NCBI RefSeq assembly: GCF_000143415.4
Contig: NW_003314393.1
Location: 114,694 to 178,693 of the forward strand
Direction: 5' to 3'
From: Selaginella moellendorffii
Taxonomy: Eukaryota; Plantae; Lycopodiophyta
Length of the DNA stretch: 64,000 nucleotides
The notes under the pieces are model-generated. The model saw nothing but the letters and a program-made list of their open reading frames with translations. It was not told the origin of the DNA and ran no database searches. Positions within the stretch are counted from its first letter, which is position 1, and every line of letters begins with the position of its first letter. The translations under genes and the position numbers were made by a program. Positions 62,815 through 64,000 of this stretch are shown one piece after another.

Positions 62815-64000
62815 TTTGGTATCAGAGAATGAGTCTTAGCGAGTACTATACAATGAGATTGGGCAACTAGTCTTGTTGCATACGCAGAGATGAAAACGAT
62901 GATCCGAGTGGGTACACACTTGGGTGTAAAGGCTTCGCAATTGTTCCTTGGGTATGGTTTTTGTTACCTTTTTGTACCTTATGATGTGAGCTTGAGCTTG
63001 AGCTCACAAGAGGGATTAAGTTGTTCCAATTTGCACGAGTTTGCGCTTAGGCTCGTGAGTGCATTAGCAACTCGAGGATATGCTTTGAGTTGGCAGGATT
63101 AATGTTAGCCTATCGGTGGTTCCATGAGTTGTTCCAGTAGTTCTATGAGTTTTTCCATGTACCATAGGTGAAAGTAAATTTTCCCTGGGTTTGCTATGAG
63201 TGGTAAATAAGCTGGTTCGTAGCTATTTAGCACGGCACTAGTGGATCCTTCCTAGGCATGATTACAAGTGGATCAATCAAGACTGTAGGGATGAGTCTAT
63301 TGATTCAAGTAATTGTTGCTGTGCTCTCTCATAAACTTTTCTTGGATTGGACTGAAGGCAGTGTGAAAGCAAACTTGAGGTGTAATCAAAGATTAGACCG
63401 AAAAGAGAGTCATCAGGGACGAAGGATCAAACACGTAAATCATTCTCTCTTCTTGGAGAGATGATTTGCAACGAGGTGTTAACTCATTGCTTGTGTTCAT
63501 GGTATGTAATCAAGAGTCCCTATCTTGATGCATCTTGGAGATGATGGTCTTACAAATGGTCAGTTATGGGGTGGATAGCAGTAAAGCGCTAAACCATTTT
63601 GTCTAGGCTTGTTATTGAAGACTTGGGTTGCAATGCTCAATTCTTTTCCAGGGAACTTTGCTATTGCTCCTTGAGTAGCTTGGTGTTGGACTAGTTTTGA
63701 GTTTAGTTGGAAAGAGAGTGGCATGAGTTTGCCCGTGTTGTGAACAAAAGTTAGTGGTGTTGGGTGTTGTAAGTCTCTATCGGTGGAGTGTGGCATTTAT
63801 GTTGCATTTTGTCGAATTGAGTTGACACTTGATACTCACCTAAACCTTTGAAGTAATGACATTAGCATTGCTCATGTGTTGCTTGATTGATGATCAAGAC
63901 ATTGTGATTTCCATATCATATCCATGTGATAATGAGCAATGTGTTTACGAAGTTGCTTGGTTAGACAATGATTAACCCCAAAGTGGTTGGTGGTGAAGCT

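Overview
Repeat-rich eukaryotic (land plant) nuclear DNA. TTTAGGG telomeric motifs, ~50-nt introns, a PPR fragment and a TatI-type Gypsy layout suggest a lycophyte such as Selaginella (inference). Most of the window is nested, decayed transposable elements: Ty3/Gypsy LTR elements, a shuffled L1-clade LINE mosaic with telomeric patches and a 25S/28S rDNA fragment, and a SWIM-bearing MULE. One apparently intact gene (6361-8136, minus) encodes a Crinkler-like Ubl + nuclease-fold + kinase protein. The main candidate for an undescribed system is a 12.3-kb Sola-like DNA transposon (31144-43483; 24-bp TIRs, TGAG target duplication). It carries a transposase and a divergent multi-exon gene with ParB-like, possibly methyltransferase-like, and FCP1/HAD-phosphatase domains. 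About 25 copies of one 22-bp palindrome (ATGGCRTG-N6-CAYGCCAT) run through it, many inside its short introns, and a 37-nt piece of 28S rRNA lies upstream of the ParB-like gene. The second highlight is a Tat-type Gypsy element (50342-59743) bounded by ~540-bp inverted rather than direct repeats. All domain calls are by-eye motif recognition, not database hits.
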